From: an uncultured Planctomycetaceae bacterium | Lineage (GTDB): Bacteria > Planctomycetota > Planctomycetia > Pirellulales > PALSA-1355 | Assembly: GCA_963785305.1 (NCBI GenBank) | Contig: CAWAUV010000007.1 | Span: 1,056,001 to 1,120,000, forward strand | Direction: 5' to 3' | DNA length: 64,000 nt | Part shown: one piece after another, positions 61,215-64,000 of the stretch | Position numbering within the stretch: the stretch's first letter is position 1 | Layout of the letters: each line of letters starts with the position of its first letter | Notes under the pieces: model-generated | The model's database searches: none | Seen by the model: the letters and a program-made list of their open reading frames with translations, nothing else | What the model was told of the DNA's origin: nothing | Made by a program: the position numbers and the translations under genes

Positions 61215-61739
61215 TCAGGGCGCCGAATGCTCGAGCCGCTTGGCGGCTTCGCGCTCGAGGGCTGGTTCATCTGGGTCGGCGGACCAGGCCCGGTTTTCGC
61301 TCGACGCCTCGCGGCCGCGCATTCCAATATCCGGGGCGAGCATCAATGTGAGAAACACGCCCATGAAGCCGGCCGGCAAGGTGAGGGCGTATTTCCAACT
61401 CGCCTCGTACTTCACATGCATGAAAAACAGCACGACCAACAGCGCCTTCGTGCAAGACACCGCCACCATGAACGCCCAGGCCACATGCGGGTCGTCGTGA
61501 AACGGCCACCAGCGCGACTGGGTGAAGAACGAACAGCCGGTCAGAACCGTGAGCGCGATGAACACATACCAGTATTTCGCCACGCTCTCGTGATGCCCGT
61601 GCGTGAGCTGGTCCGAGGGCGAACTGTAATCGCCCGGATACGGCTGTTCGGCCCGAGTCTGGGCACTGGCGGGAGCGAAACGAGGATCGTTCATGCGACG
61701 CGACTTCTTCGAGGAACCGGAATGAATGCCACTGCTCAT
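61215..61739 (-). CDS. Cytochrome c oxidase subunit IV family protein
   Basis: YWYVFIAL.VLT and KALLVVLFFMHVKYE motifs; start codon uncertain. Confidence 0.85.
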   Translation of the reverse strand: MSSGIHSGSSKKSRRMNDPRFAPASAQTRAEQPYPGDYSSPSDQLTHGHHESVAKYWYVFIALTVLTGCSFFTQSRWWPFHDDPHVAWAFMVAVSCTKALLVVLFFMHVKYEASWKYALTLPAGFMGVFLTLMLAPDIGMRGREASSENRAWSADPDEPALEREAAKRLEHSAP

Positions 61740-61995
61740 ATTAAAGAGGAAAGAGCGAGGGCTAGCCACTGAAAAACACGGAAGGAACACGGAAATCGGG
61801 CCCCGAACGCTCGGCATGAGACGGGCCCTCGCGGATGCGAGGCGCCCGGCTTTGCGAGGCAGGGGACCCGCTTGAATGGGTGGAATCAATGCACCAAATC
61901 TGGGTTTCTACGGGGGGTGGGGGGGGTTCTTGATTACACTGTCTTAAGTTTTGTGTAGGTGCTTTTTATTTTATTTTGCGATTATTGAGAAACCG

Positions 61996-62817
61996 ATGTT
62001 TTGCCAGCAGGCAATTCGATCTCGCGCGCATGCCGCGGGCCGTTGTGGTCCGCCGCCGCCGCCGCGTCTCATGCTCGCGATAGCCTTTTCCGCGGGCCTG
62101 TTCGCCTGGGCGGTTTCTCGTTCCGCCGAGGCGTCGTTCATTACCGGCGCCACGGCCACGCCGAGCTCGGTCAACCTGACCACCACCGGCGCCACGACGT
62201 GGGCGATTTGGGATGACCAGAACGGCACAAGTCAAACCGCTCCCTACGCCGCCACGAACACCAAGAACATCAACTCGGGCTTGATCAGCGGCATGTCGGC
62301 TTTGACCGGGTCGCCGCGGGGCATTACCGGCACCTTTCCCTCGGCGACATATTCCTATACCGACGGCGTAAGTCCCACGAGCAACAGCTCCGTGATCGGG
62401 GCCGTGATCGACTCGAACGTCGGCTCGGTGGGCGACGGAGTGAAACTCACGATCACCGGATCGCCCGGCGTCACCGAGATGGCGGACATATTTGTCGTCG
62501 GATTCGATGCGACCGGCCAGCTCACGGCCTCGCTGTCCGATGGCACGACTTATACCAATAGCTCGTTTACCTACAGCGGCTCGCGCACCATGTCCGAATA
62601 CATTCTGACATTTCAACCGCCGGCCACGGGTCCCAGCACGCTTACGGTTTCTTATGCCGTGTCGGCCCTGAACGGCGCGAGTTCGAATGTCGGCATTCAA
62701 GGGGTGGCGCTGAGCCTGGTTCCCGAGCCCAGCGCATTCACCTTGGCCGGCATCGGCGCCGCAATGGCGGCGATTCTCGTTTGGCGTTGCCGACGACGGC
62801 GCGAATTCGCGAGATAG
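61996..62817 (+). CDS. PEP-CTERM protein
   Basis: Signal peptide, Ser/Thr/Gly-rich body, VPEPSAFTLAGIG...WRCRRRR. Confidence 0.88.
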   Translation: MFCQQAIRSRAHAAGRCGPPPPPRLMLAIAFSAGLFAWAVSRSAEASFITGATATPSSVNLTTTGATTWAIWDDQNGTSQTAPYAATNTKNINSGLISGMSALTGSPRGITGTFPSATYSYTDGVSPTSNSSVIGAVIDSNVGSVGDGVKLTITGSPGVTEMADIFVVGFDATGQLTASLSDGTTYTNSSFTYSGSRTMSEYILTFQPPATGPSTLTVSYAVSALNGASSNVGIQGVALSLVPEPSAFTLAGIGAAMAAILVWRCRRRREFAR

Positions 62818-62954
62818 CAGGAAGTCTCGTCATCGCCGCGCCGCCTCTTCCCGTCGCGGCCGCCGGGGGCATCGTTCGGCGATAGCGCGATCCAGCCGAT
62901 AAGGCCTGATTTCCGACGAAATCGCGAGGATTTTCTAGTCGTCCGGCGCCATCG

Positions 62955-62985
62955 TTGACAGCGATTCTAGCGCCACATTAGAATC
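62955..62985 (+). promoter_or_regulatory. Sigma70-like promoter with overlapping inverted repeat
   Basis: TTGACA - 18 bp - TAGAAT; GATTCTA/TAGAATC palindrome. Confidence 0.55.
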
Positions 62986-63121
62986 CTCGAAAAATCACGT
63001 TGGATCCCGGGATGGCTCCGTGGAAAATTTTGGAACCTCGGAGTTGTCGTGGGAACCTTCGCGTCCCGGGTTCGTGACCCATTGCGTTCCGATTGAAACT
63101 TCCAGCTAGAGGAATAGTCCA

Positions 63122-63848
63122 GTGAATACACGCCGCGCTGTTTTGGTCTTGGCGTTGATGTCTATTTTCGCGCATCCGTCCAGAGCGTCGCTCCTGTACG
63201 ACATTAACAGCACCGGCGAGGGAACTGCCTACTCGGGCGATGCCGGAAATTGGGGATTCGAGTTTTCGGTATCTCAAACGACGACCGTCAACGCGGCTCG
63301 GTGTCTGGGATGAAGGCTCGGCCGCGCTGCCAAGCTCTATTCAGGTCGGGCTTTGGAACGGGTCTATCGGTGGTTTGGACGCACAGGCCACTATCACGAA
63401 TTCGAGCGCCGCGGTCGCCTCCACGGCGAGCGACAAGGGTCAGTGGCTCTTCACGAATCTTGGCACGCCTGTAACTCTCATCGCGGGCGATCAATATATC
63501 CTCGGTTTCTTCAATGATAATTCCAGCTCGCCCGGCACGGGGCTCATTCCGTTTCGGGGAAGCGCGACAACCACTTTCCTCTCGGGCACGGCTTTCACCA
63601 CGAGCGAGGCAAACTCGAATGCGCAAAGCGCTCTCGCTGTCCCGACCGGCGCCCAAGGCAGTTCCACCGATGGTTGGTTCGGGCCGAATTTCTCCACCAC
63701 GGTCATCGCCGTGCCGGAGCCGACATCGCTTTCGCTCGCCGCGCTTGGCCTGATCGGACTGGCTGGCTTCGGCCCGCGCCACCGCCGCGCCGGACGTCAT
63801 GCCCGCGCTCGCGTGGATATGTACGCGACGCGCGACCCGGAATTGTGA
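63122..63848 (+). CDS. PEP-CTERM protein, DUF4082-like (frameshift near 63300)
   Basis: Signal peptide; GFEFSV..T.VNA / LGVWD; VGLW; FGPNF; VPEPTSLSLAALG. Confidence 0.85.
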
Positions 63849-64000
63849 TTTGTCGCGCACGGCCACAATCCAACCATTAATGGCATGCCCACGCAAGCGT
63901 GGGCATGCCGTCCGGCGCGAGCGTTTCCGATCACAACCCGAAACGTCATTGAGGGCCAGGACGTTGTTGAATCCCCGAGCCCTATCGGCTGCGCTGACAC

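Overview
High-GC bacterial chromosome segment, almost certainly from a planctomycete (Pirellulales-like). The assignment rests on a DUF1549/DUF1553 + DUF1501 gene pair, a dockerin-like cyclophilin, several PEP-CTERM proteins and a HEAT/Hint protein. Most of the window is core genome: thiL, tsaE, gltA, mfd, uvrB, comEA, an lptF/G permease, clpC, tRNA-Lys(TTT), and a futalosine-type menaquinone cluster (mqnE, ubiA/mqnP, ubiX, menG, ubiD-like) with thiE. It also holds one complete IS630-family element with perfect ends and a TA duplication. Many genes, including housekeeping ones, carry short frameshifts; I read these as long-read/MAG indel errors and give reconstructed gene spans. The best candidate for an undescribed system is an AT-richer, tightly coupled three-gene cassette converging on uvrB (36141-37855): a TIGR04255-like protein, a WDGxG-motif protein and a small R-S-H ADP-ribosyltransferase-like protein, possibly a toxin-antitoxin(-chaperone) or anti-phage module. 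Other leads are a ClpN-ThiD2-ThiE fusion divergent from clpC, two apparent pseudo-enzymes (an M14 peptidase and a UbiD), a secreted Hint protein with no toxin tail, a recurrent 15-bp tandem-duplication signature, and several apparently leaderless promoters. All family calls come from motif recognition by eye; no database search was run.
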